NCBI GenBank assembly: GCA_021162615.1
Contig: JAGGYH010000018.1
Span: 8,501-72,500 of the forward strand
DNA: 64,000 bases
Direction of reading: 5' to 3'
From: Candidatus Aminicenantes bacterium
Lineage (GTDB): Bacteria; Acidobacteriota; Aminicenantia; Aminicenantales; Aminicenantaceae
Position numbers and translations under genes: made by a program. The notes under the pieces were generated by a model. The model had not been told where the DNA came from. It saw nothing but the letters and a program-made list of their open reading frames with translations, and did no database searches. Below, one piece after another: positions 44,386 to 52,799 of this stretch. Position 1 is the first letter of the stretch, and each line of letters opens with the position of its first letter.

Positions 44386-44619
44386 TGGGGACGCTCCATT
44401 AGGTACCACCCTATATTACTGAATCCGGTGGATATTAATAAATATTCCAGATTATCTCCCTCTGAACTATTTCCATTTAATACGCCACCGCAATCCTGCA
44501 TATGTAAGTCCCTATATGAGTGGTTTCCAACGAGGCAGGACAAGGGAAGATCGCATTCTGATAGTAAGCCGCGTACATAAGCGGGATTCTATAGGGTGGT
44601 ACCTAATGGGACGTCCCCA
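44386..44619. repeat. 234-bp element bounded by 30-bp terminal inverted repeats (MITE or structured RNA candidate)
   Basis: tggggacgctccattaggtaccaccctata (44386-44415) versus the reverse complement of 44590-44619, tggggacgtcccattaggtaccaccctata, matches 28 of 30. Extra pairing of gaatcc (44421-44426) with ggattc (44584-44589). Lies between convergent genes, ending 1 nt before the stop of the M14 gene. Confidence 0.7.
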
Positions 44620-44620
44620 C

Positions 44621-46387
44621 TTATTTGAGCTGGAGGGTCTTGGTGACTTTTCCGCCGTGTCTGGAATCGTATTTTATCTCAACGCTTCCTTTTCCCGAGA
44701 CTAAAAATTGATACTCAACGCTTCCGAATCCGGGAACAAACAGTAATTGGAGTTCAGGTTTGTGTTCTTTGTATGAGGCTGTGTCTGTGTATTTATTCTG
44801 GAGTTTTCCACCGGCCAGGACTTTGATATTGTTTCCGGAGATAAGGAGAAAGTCTTTCGGGTAGAGCTTGTGCTGCTGCGCGTAGTAACTCATTGTGGGG
44901 ATGGCCTTTGCGTTTGTAAGCCTGACTCTTAATCTGTAGAGATCGTTCTCCAGTTTTTTGACCTCAAAAATATCCATGTTCACTTCAGGTGTGTTCTGTG
45001 CAGAAAAAAGGACAGCCATAGCGTTTCTGTGGACAAGGTCTTTGAGCATGAAAGGAGCAGGCAGGCGTGAAGACAGCTTGACCCATCCTCCTATTTCGAT
45101 GTCTCCATATGTAGGGTGGTTGTAAGCAGTCCAGGATTTGTAAAGTTCTCCCTGTGCCAGATGATCACTGAATTTTAATCTTTCTCTTTCAACCTCATTC
45201 GACTCTTGAAAGAAATTTTCTTCTGCTTCTGTTTCAGGCTTGACTTTTTCCTCCTCTTTTCTGGTTTTAAATGTTTCGGTTGAGGACTGAAAAAGTTCCC
45301 CTACAAATCCGTAGGCACCGTTGCAGCAGACCATCCATTCGATAAAGTCTCCGTATGTTGTGTAAAGGTCTTTCCAGCTCACTAGGTAATGGTAGCCCGG
45401 AGTAATCCGCTCCGCCTGTTCTCCCAGATAATCATAGGTCTGAATGTCCTGCGGGGGATAAGTGAGCTTTTTGACGCTGGGACCCCTCAAATACATTCCG
45501 CCTGAATTATGAAAAGCCCAGGCCACACAGATATTGGGCCGTTTTCGGACGAAAGAAGCAATAGCTTTGATACCTTCACCGGAGAAAGGATAATCTCCGG
45601 CTCCTGACTGTACGTATTCGGGCATCCAGTCAAACCCCCAGTTTCTGTTAGGGTCAACATAACCTTCGGAGTCTTCATTGATTTGACCGTCTCCGTCATT
45701 ATCGATTCCCTCCTGTCCCAGTAAAGTCCATTCTCCTTTTTCTCCAGGTTTTATCCGTACCATTAAGCGGGGATCTTCAGGGTCTGTTTTGTAGGCGCCC
45801 AGCGGGTCCTTTTTCCGCATCATGCATATGTTTCCGTCTCCGTCAAGGTCATCGGGAAAGTCTTCGTCCACCAGTCCATCCCGATCATCATCTTTAGGCC
45901 TTCTGAGCCCTCTATTGCTGCTTGAGGTGTTGGCATCGTTGAAAAAGTGGTATCTTCCGTCTACGTTTACAGTGGGAATGACATAGAAACAATTTTTATC
46001 TACCAGTTCAGTCACACGTTCATTCTCGCCGTATTTGGTGAGAATATAATTGAGAAAATACAGGCATACTTCTGTAGCCTGGATTTCGTTGCCGTGTATG
46101 TTCCCATCCACATATACGCCGGGTTTGTCCAGTTCATTTCCTGTCGCAGGATTATTCACAGTCAAACAGTATATGGCCCGATTTTCTTCGCTTTTTCCTA
46201 CCAGGTCGAGCTTGGTTAATTTTGGAAAAGCTTTGTTTAAGGCTTTAACAGCATTCACGACATCTTCATAGGAATAATAAGCATCAAAGGTAAGAGGAAC
46301 TGCGATTTTTTGATCAGCGGCACCCGCATTTACGGATGCTGCCAGAGAGAGCAGTAATATAAGTGAAGAGCAAACTATTTTTTTCAT
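44621..46387 (-). CDS. M14 zinc carboxypeptidase with Asp-rich calcium-binding-like inserts, secreted
   Basis: Signal peptide MKKIVCSSLILLLSLAASVNA. DGNIHGNEIQATE (HxxE zinc ligands), DPNRNW, AFHNSGG (third ligand His), FVGEL (catalytic Glu context). Inserts DDDRDGLVDEDFPDDLDGDGN and DNDGDGQINEDSEG. Confidence 0.85.
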   Translation of the reverse strand: MKKIVCSSLILLLSLAASVNAGAADQKIAVPLTFDAYYSYEDVVNAVKALNKAFPKLTKLDLVGKSEENRAIYCLTVNNPATGNELDKPGVYVDGNIHGNEIQATEVCLYFLNYILTKYGENERVTELVDKNCFYVIPTVNVDGRYHFFNDANTSSSNRGLRRPKDDDRDGLVDEDFPDDLDGDGNICMMRKKDPLGAYKTDPEDPRLMVRIKPGEKGEWTLLGQEGIDNDGDGQINEDSEGYVDPNRNWGFDWMPEYVQSGAGDYPFSGEGIKAIASFVRKRPNICVAWAFHNSGGMYLRGPSVKKLTYPPQDIQTYDYLGEQAERITPGYHYLVSWKDLYTTYGDFIEWMVCCNGAYGFVGELFQSSTETFKTRKEEEKVKPETEAEENFFQESNEVERERLKFSDHLAQGELYKSWTAYNHPTYGDIEIGGWVKLSSRLPAPFMLKDLVHRNAMAVLFSAQNTPEVNMDIFEVKKLENDLYRLRVRLTNAKAIPTMSYYAQQHKLYPKDFLLISGNNIKVLAGGKLQNKYTDTASYKEHKPELQLLFVPGFGSVEYQFLVSGKGSVEIKYDSRHGGKVTKTLQLK

Positions 46388-48408
46388 CTGTTGCCTCCTA
46401 AAGTTATGACCTTGGAGTCCTTCCAGGCAATATTTGTGACGGCCTGGATTTTGATTTCTCCCGGCTTTTTTAAATAGACAAGCCAGCTCACTTCCTGGCT
46501 TTTTTGTTGCCCGAATGACTTTATAAGGCTTCTTTTTTTACCTTCCAGTATCTCGATATCGCCTTCAACCGTTACAATAACAGGAAGGATCCTTGTGTTT
46601 CTTTCCCCCATTGCTGTGGGATAAGGCAGATAACCTGAATTTTCCACCCAGACTTTTATCCTGTAGATATTGTTTCCAATTTCCTCCGCGTCTGTTTTTG
46701 CAATTTTTATCCGCGCCATTTTATCTGCAATCTCAAAGACCCAGGGGATTTGACCTTTGAGCAGAGTCTCGACCCTATCTGCCGGAGGAGTGTTTTTGAC
46801 AAATGGGACCTCTCCTCCTATCTCCACTTTTCCCAAAGTGGGATGATCGTATGTTTCCCAGTTTACAAAGCCTTTCCCTTCCAGCTCTTTGTCGCTGAAA
46901 GCAAGGAGAGCTTTTTCTTCTTCAGAGCCTCCCTGCTCGCTGTTCTCAGGTTTTGGCATCTTTTTAAGCATCTCTGCCATTCTTTTTGTACTCATAGCTC
47001 CGCTTTTGACAGCATCTATGACATTCTTTGCTTTGAAATTTTCTGGAGCTCCTGCTGATTTGAGAAACTGATTTATTTTCTCTTCGCCCAGTGCTATGAA
47101 TTCATCGTCCGACATTTTTTCCAGTTTTTCAGGAGTGATCTCCTGTTCTTCTTTTTCTTCTTTCACTTTGGGTAATGTCCAGAAATCCATAGTGAACGAT
47201 GGGAGGCCCAGATGATAGTAAGCCCAGAGTTCAAAAGAGCCGTCTTTGGCTTTTTGAGGTTCCAGACGCTCTGTATCCAGGCCGGTTTTTTTAAGAAATT
47301 CCTTGTATTGTTCGGAAAGTTCTTTATAGTATTTCAGGTCTTCAGGTAAGGGGTTGACCACAGCACCAAGGCCAAGAAATTGAGCGACCATTGATTCTGT
47401 GATCTCCATGCCTTCGGGCACAAAAGGCTTGAGAAGTTCAATGATTTCTTTCATGGTGTAGGTCTTCTCTGTATCCAATCCCATCATTTTTCCATATCTT
47501 TCAGGTATTTTGATGTTATTCAGATCCACAGAGCCTCTTCTTCCCCCTGCCGGCGGATTTAGACAGAAGTTAGTCTGCCCGAAACAGAACGTCAGCCCGA
47601 TCTCTCTGTGCTCCATAATGAATTTTATGAGATAGTAGCTTTCCTCTTCACTTCCGGGCCAGAGTCCTCCGGTTGTTGTGTGGTGTTCAAAGAGATGAGG
47701 GAAATTAATACCGATGTTTACACCTCCCTGCCCGTCTTCGTTGTATTCTCCGTCTCCATCATTATCCAGACCTTCAGAGTATAGTTTATAAAGGCCCTGT
47801 TCGCCTTTACTGGGATCAGCTCTTCTCATGAGCCTGGGCTCTCCCGGAACAGGGATCCAGGACCCTTCAGGGCTCTTCACCCTCATCATGGTTATGATTC
47901 CGTTTCCATCAAGGTCGTCCGCTCCGTCTTCGTCGACCTGATCGTCCATGTCATCGTTATAAGGATTGGAATTTCTGGGGTCTTGCCGCAGAGGTTTATT
48001 AAAATAATGTGCCGCTGCCTCAGGATTCCCGCATGCAAGCACATACCAGGTCTTATCCTTAATGAGCGAATCATCTTCCAAAAGAGACTTGACTAAATAA
48101 AGAGCAGCTTCGCTTGCGATTGGTGTTGTCCCTTCCATATTAGCGGCCACAAATACCGCAGGAAGTTCTTTTTTTGCCGTATCGGTTTCATTTCCGATCT
48201 CTAATATAGAGACTTCTTTTTGAGAGCGAGTAACGGCGATTTTGTGGAGTTTTGTTATTTTCGGGAAGCTTTCTGCAGCATCTTTAAGGATCTTATTGAG
48301 CTCATCCGGACTGTGGTACCGGTCAAATGTAAAGTCAATTGTGGATGCGAAGCTGAATAGAGCAAGACATACTATTCCTAGAAAAATCTGCATTATTTTT
48401 TGTTTCAT
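46384..48408 (-). CDS. M14-like paralogue lacking the zinc and catalytic residues (predicted pseudo-peptidase), secreted
   Basis: ATG 48408 preferred (MKQKIMQIFLGIVCLALFSFAST). Collinear with 44621-46387, but AANMEGTTPIASE replaces HxxE, NIGINF replaces DPNRNW, and CFGQTNF replaces AFHNSGG. Keeps the Asp-rich inserts DDMDDQVDEDGADDLDGNG and DNDGDGEYNEDGQG. Its stop overlaps the downstream ATG by 4 nt. Confidence 0.75.
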   Translation of the reverse strand: MKQKIMQIFLGIVCLALFSFASTIDFTFDRYHSPDELNKILKDAAESFPKITKLHKIAVTRSQKEVSILEIGNETDTAKKELPAVFVAANMEGTTPIASEAALYLVKSLLEDDSLIKDKTWYVLACGNPEAAAHYFNKPLRQDPRNSNPYNDDMDDQVDEDGADDLDGNGIITMMRVKSPEGSWIPVPGEPRLMRRADPSKGEQGLYKLYSEGLDNDGDGEYNEDGQGGVNIGINFPHLFEHHTTTGGLWPGSEEESYYLIKFIMEHREIGLTFCFGQTNFCLNPPAGGRRGSVDLNNIKIPERYGKMMGLDTEKTYTMKEIIELLKPFVPEGMEITESMVAQFLGLGAVVNPLPEDLKYYKELSEQYKEFLKKTGLDTERLEPQKAKDGSFELWAYYHLGLPSFTMDFWTLPKVKEEKEEQEITPEKLEKMSDDEFIALGEEKINQFLKSAGAPENFKAKNVIDAVKSGAMSTKRMAEMLKKMPKPENSEQGGSEEEKALLAFSDKELEGKGFVNWETYDHPTLGKVEIGGEVPFVKNTPPADRVETLLKGQIPWVFEIADKMARIKIAKTDAEEIGNNIYRIKVWVENSGYLPYPTAMGERNTRILPVIVTVEGDIEILEGKKRSLIKSFGQQKSQEVSWLVYLKKPGEIKIQAVTNIAWKDSKVITLGGNR

Positions 48409-48506
48409 TGACACCTCTCTTCTTTCATTTTTTTGATTTATAATTATATATATCATTTAACATCACAAGGAGATGGCCGCATACCTTATGGTCGTTTGCA
48501 TTGACG

Positions 48507-48529
48507 CAGCAACCTCGACTTGTGAATAA
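48507..48529 (+). repeat. MITE-family fragment
   Basis: gcagcaacctcgacttgtgaataa matches the right-hand portion of the 4577-4662 repeat. Confidence 0.5.
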
Positions 48530-48622
48530 GTTCTCTTATGATAGTATATACGGATTTTTTTTGAAAAGAGTTTTCATAGAAAAAGAGAGAAACAGGAAAT
48601 CGGGAATAAGAAAAAGTAATCG

Positions 48623-49834
48623 TTATTTTGAAAAATAGCCTGTCCTGTATGATAATTTGCAATCTTTATTTTTAACTTTGACTTCTATGTTTTTGAATTC
48701 CCCTTGGTTTCGAGCTTTTTCCGGAGTGTAGTAAAGAAGATAATACTGTTTCGCCTGATCAGAGCTTTCTTTAAACGATAAAAAGGGATTCTGGGTGGAA
48801 TAAACAGCTCCGCCGGTTGCTTTGGCTGTTTCTGAAAATGTCTCGTATACGTCTTCTGACTGTTCATGCATCTGGATTCCGGAGTAAATATCCGGTTTTT
48901 TGTCCATGAAAATGAAGTTGAAATAAATCCCTGCATCAGTGTATAGGCGCTTGATTGTTTTCGTATCTAGCTTTGATTCTCTGCTGTAGACAGCCATGAG
49001 GTCCTGAAGGTTCCCCAGAACGTGCGGTTGGTCCTGGAGATTGGATATGAGCTGCTGTATGACATTCGGATGGATTTCAGGTCTGAATTCCCGCTCATAA
49101 AACAAATACATAAATTTCTGTCCTTTTATATTTCTGAGCTGGTTCGCAAAATCTAAATACTTGCTCTGATTGACTATCCTGAGCTGTTCGATTTCATTGA
49201 GGGTCTCTCTGTATCTGGGGAGTAAAAATTCAATGCCAAAGGCATCAACACTTGAATCCTGGTCAAACTCAAAACCTGTCCGTGAACTTGTGCCTGAAAT
49301 GCTGCTCACAATCCTCCTAAGGTCTCTGAGAAGGTTTTTGTACTGGGAGGAGCCTGTTTGGGTGTCTTTTCTTACGATTTTTATCATTTCTTCTGAGAGT
49401 TCTTCCCTGGACATGGACTGCAGCGCTTGATTTGACAGAGAGTACTTTTTCATAGGAGTCATGAGTTCAAGTGAATCACCTTGACTGATGACATCTGAGA
49501 AAAAATATTTAATGGCATCTGCGATTTTAGGGTTGTATTCTGTAAATTGAAAAAGAAGGTAATAAGTTCTGGATACATCGGGATTCATTTCCGTCAGTCC
49601 TTCTTTCCTTGTGATTTGGTCTTTCTCGGTTAAGTAAAGAGCCTTGATTTTTTGTTTTGTCCCATCTTCATATATTTCAAAATCATCTATCTTGAGATCA
49701 GCTAAGAATTCATCTCCGTCAAATACCCGAACTGGAACCGCAATGCTTTTTTCTTGAGCTTCAAGAGATTTTTGAGCGGGAAGAATATAAGTGCTGATGA
49801 GAAATATGCATAGGATTAATATCAGTCTTTTCAT
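48623..49834 (-). CDS. VWFA-related protein of the Acidobacterial type (TIGR03436-like), secreted
   Basis: Signal peptide. The N-terminal pattern IAVPVRVFDGDEFLADLKIDDFEIYEDGTKQKIKALYL matches the characteristic start of that family (V.V.V.D..G..V..L...DF.v.EDG..Q.I). The remainder was not checked against a model. Confidence 0.55.
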   Translation of the reverse strand: MKRLILILCIFLISTYILPAQKSLEAQEKSIAVPVRVFDGDEFLADLKIDDFEIYEDGTKQKIKALYLTEKDQITRKEGLTEMNPDVSRTYYLLFQFTEYNPKIADAIKYFFSDVISQGDSLELMTPMKKYSLSNQALQSMSREELSEEMIKIVRKDTQTGSSQYKNLLRDLRRIVSSISGTSSRTGFEFDQDSSVDAFGIEFLLPRYRETLNEIEQLRIVNQSKYLDFANQLRNIKGQKFMYLFYEREFRPEIHPNVIQQLISNLQDQPHVLGNLQDLMAVYSRESKLDTKTIKRLYTDAGIYFNFIFMDKKPDIYSGIQMHEQSEDVYETFSETAKATGGAVYSTQNPFLSFKESSDQAKQYYLLYYTPEKARNQGEFKNIEVKVKNKDCKLSYRTGYFSK

Positions 49835-50130
49835 ATAAATCTCTCCTTCTCTGTAGCAACAGCAAACTACATGCCAACTTTTATTAGAGGATATGATAAT
49901 TTTTTTTACGAATGGCTGTCCTCTTTTTATGTCATATGTACCAAAATAATTCTAATACTTTATATACTTTAATACAACAAAAAAAGTTGCTTTTGGTATA
50001 CATATTGTTTATATTATTCATTTGAGAAAGGGGTTGGATAATTCAAGGCCCTTTTTAAGGGAAAATTGTCAGAGAAAAAGCAGATAAGATTATCAATAAA
50101 GTTATAATATGTCACTCAAAGGACAGACAG

Positions 50131-50496
50131 ATGATGGAAAAGGATAAAAGGCGGGAAAAAAGAAAACATGAAAAACAAGAAGTCGAGGTGGAAGTTCTGG
50201 AGATGTCCTCTTCCGGGCAGCGGCCGGAACCGGAAAAATTTACAGCTGTCACGGAAAATCTCTCATTGAATGGGGTAAGGATAAGATGCCCTAGATATTT
50301 TCCCGTAAATACTGTGTTGAAAATAAGGCTTCCGCTGTTAAAGAGAAAGCCGGTTTTTTTACGCGGAAAGATACGCTGGGTGGAAAATATTGAAAAGGAA
50401 AATATTTTCGGTATGGGAATTGAATTCATGGACACTCTTCCTGCTGAGTTCATTACCCTCATGGAACACTTATACGGTGCGGCCAAGAATTTTTAG
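50131..50496 (+). CDS. PilZ domain protein (putative c-di-GMP receptor)
   Basis: 121 aa. RREKRKH (RxxxR) and ENLSLNGVRI (D/NxSxxG) motifs at canonical spacing. Confidence 0.75.
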   Translation: MMEKDKRREKRKHEKQEVEVEVLEMSSSGQRPEPEKFTAVTENLSLNGVRIRCPRYFPVNTVLKIRLPLLKRKPVFLRGKIRWVENIEKENIFGMGIEFMDTLPAEFITLMEHLYGAAKNF

Positions 50497-50669
50497 AAAG
50501 AGCCGTTAAGGCCTGGTCTGACCCGCTTCACTTTTCATTGCCACTCTTAGTTACGTCTGTGTTTTTTTATTTCAAGTAAGTCAGTAAACCGGTTTCAAGC
50601 AAAATATCAATGTGGTAATATAATGAGCATGGATTGTTTACAGGCTTAGGTTCTGAAAGAGAGGTCCAT

Positions 50670-51662
50670 ATGGAATACAAATTATTAGGAAGAACCGGAA
50701 TCAAGGTGTCCCGGTTGTGTTTTGGGACTATGTCTTTTGGGAAAGAAGCGGATGCGGGTATGTCAGAAGAGATGTTTCGCTTCTGCCGGGACAAAGGGAT
50801 TAATTTTTTTGACTGTGCTGATGTATATAATGATGGCAAAGCGGAAAAAATACTAGGCAGGCTTATCAAAGGATGCAGGAATGAGGTGGTCCTAGCAAGC
50901 AAGGTCTATTTTCCCACTGGAAAAGGCGTGAATTCCAGAGGGGCTGCCCGATACCATATAATGAATGCCGTCGAAGCCAGTTTAAAACGCCTTCAAACAG
51001 ACAGGATAGATATTTATTATATTCACCGGTTCGATGATATAACTCCTGTGGAAGAAACTTTAAGGGTTCTTGATGACCTTGTAACTCAGGGAAAAATTCT
51101 GTATCCGGGAGCGAGTAATTTTGCTGCCTGGCAGGTGGCAAAAGCCCTAGGAGTGGCGGAGAAAAAGGGATGGGCTCCTTTTTACTGTATCCAGCCAATG
51201 TACAATCTTGTTAAACGGCAGGCGGAAGTGGAAATCTTCCCACAGGCTCAGGCCGAAGGGCTTGGAGTGGTCCCGTACAGCCCATTGGGAGGGGGTCTTT
51301 TAACAGGAAAATATGGAGTCGGAAAGAAGCCTGATTCAGGGAGGTTGGTCACTAACATGATGTATGCGACCCGGTACGGTTATGACTGGATGTACAAAGC
51401 AGCTGAAGATTTTACAAAATTTGCACAGAGCAGAGGTTTCTCTCCTGCAGCACTGGCTGTTGCTTGGGCAGCGAGTCATCCTGCGGTGACATGCCCGATT
51501 ATTGGAGCTAGGCATATCCATCAGCTTAAAGATTCTGTTGATTCGATCCAGATTAAAATGACATCCGAGCTTAGAGAGCAAATATCTTCTCTTACCCCTG
51601 AACCTCCCCCTGCCACGGATAGAAATGAAGAAAAGACCGAATATAATTATGGAATACGCTAA
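50670..51662 (+). CDS. Aldo/keto reductase
   Basis: ATG 50670 gives MEYKLLGRTGIKVSRLCFGTMSFG. DCADVYNDGKAE, IDIYYIHRFD, ASNFAAWQ, QPMYNL, SPLGGGLLTGKY. Confidence 0.9.
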   Translation: MEYKLLGRTGIKVSRLCFGTMSFGKEADAGMSEEMFRFCRDKGINFFDCADVYNDGKAEKILGRLIKGCRNEVVLASKVYFPTGKGVNSRGAARYHIMNAVEASLKRLQTDRIDIYYIHRFDDITPVEETLRVLDDLVTQGKILYPGASNFAAWQVAKALGVAEKKGWAPFYCIQPMYNLVKRQAEVEIFPQAQAEGLGVVPYSPLGGGLLTGKYGVGKKPDSGRLVTNMMYATRYGYDWMYKAAEDFTKFAQSRGFSPAALAVAWAASHPAVTCPIIGARHIHQLKDSVDSIQIKMTSELREQISSLTPEPPPATDRNEEKTEYNYGIR

Positions 51663-51726
51663 GATTTTTTTCATTTTTTGGTTTCACCGTATTTTGTAAT
51701 ATAAGAAAGAGCAAGGGAGTGAAGCA

Positions 51727-52632
51727 GTGAAAAAGAATATTGTTTTAACCTTAGTCCTGTCCGGACTTGTTCTGTCTTTTGGCTGCTGCGGGGGAAAAGG
51801 AGAGCCTGATTCTGCGTTATCTGGGACGAAATGGGCTGCCTCTGAAGACGGGGTGGATATTTATTATAAGTTGACTGGCGTGGGCAATTATACGTTGGTT
51901 TTTGTGCATGACTGGTGCAATGATATGACTTACTGGGAACATCAATTACCGGCTTTTTCTTCAGGCTATAAGGTCCTTGCTTTGGATCTTGCCGGACACG
52001 GGCTTTCCGGAGGGGAGAGGGAATCCTGGACCATGGAAGCATTCGGCCGTGATGTCGCATCGGTTATTGAGAGAGAAGGATTGAAAAATATCATTCTTAT
52101 CGGTCATGGGATGGGAGGGGCTGTTATACTGGAAACAGCAAGGAACATTCCTGATAGAGTTATTGGTCTGGTTGGAGTTGATACCTTTAAGGATTATTAC
52201 ATGAGAAGCTACAGTGCGGAACAGGTTGAGTTTTTCATAAAGCCATGGAGGGAAGATTTTAAGAAAAGAATGAGAGAATATGCTGTGGAGACTTTTTTCC
52301 ATAATGATATGGACCAGGCAATCATGAAAAGAATTCTCCTTGATATGATGAATGCTCCTCCGGATAGATCTTTGAATATATTCGGACACTTTCTCCGATA
52401 TGATGGTTCCTTGGCATTCAGGGATATTAAGGTTCCCATACGCTGTATAAATTCAAAAAGGCGTGACACCTCCTATGATATTGCGGCTGAAAATGCCTTC
52501 TCTTTTGACTGGATATATCAGTCAGGGGCAGGCCATTTTCCAATGCTGGAGAATCCAGACTTTTTCAACCGCTTGCTCGCCGGTATACTGGAAGACATAA
52601 TATTGGACCTCTATAAAAGACAGAGCAAATAG
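51727..52632 (+). CDS. Alpha/beta-hydrolase-fold lipoprotein with Gly in place of the nucleophile Ser
   Basis: Lipobox LVLSFGCCGG. VFVHDW...LDLAGHGLS...ILIGHGMGGAVILE (expected GHSMGG; codons ggt cat ggg atg gga ggg at 52102-52119). C-terminal GAGHFPMLENP retains the His. Confidence 0.8.
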   Translation: MKKNIVLTLVLSGLVLSFGCCGGKGEPDSALSGTKWAASEDGVDIYYKLTGVGNYTLVFVHDWCNDMTYWEHQLPAFSSGYKVLALDLAGHGLSGGERESWTMEAFGRDVASVIEREGLKNIILIGHGMGGAVILETARNIPDRVIGLVGVDTFKDYYMRSYSAEQVEFFIKPWREDFKKRMREYAVETFFHNDMDQAIMKRILLDMMNAPPDRSLNIFGHFLRYDGSLAFRDIKVPIRCINSKRRDTSYDIAAENAFSFDWIYQSGAGHFPMLENPDFFNRLLAGILEDIILDLYKRQSK

Positions 52633-52644
52633 CTCACGTTATAT

Positions 52645-52733
52645 TTAATCTGGATTATTCACGAGTCGAGGTTGCTGCAGATGCAAGGAATAATAAACAC
52701 ATCGCCATTTTTTTTATGAATAGGTAAGGTTAA
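52645..52733 (-). mobile_element. MITE-like repeat, full-length copy (89 bp), inverted relative to 4577-4662
   Basis: The reverse complement reads ttaaccttacctattcataaaaaaaatggcgatgtgtttattattccttgcatctgcagcaacctcgactcgtgaataatccagattaa. Confidence 0.75.
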
Positions 52734-52799
52734 ATGGTTTTTGTTTATTGCTTGACCTCGAGAAGGCAATAGTTTATAAAAGTACGAGCAGGAAAAGAC

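Noticed and set aside
44516-44704. 62-aa ORF spanning the right TIR of the 234-bp element and the 3' end of the M14 gene
   Set aside because: It overlaps a repeat terminus and lies antisense to a supported gene. No motif.
4577-52733. Whether the recurring motif gcagcaacctcgactcgtgaataa represents a CRISPR array or attC sites
   Set aside because: Copies are kilobases apart, occur in both orientations and are embedded in longer TIR-bounded units. They lack the regular repeat-spacer periodicity of a CRISPR array, and no cas or integrase gene is present.
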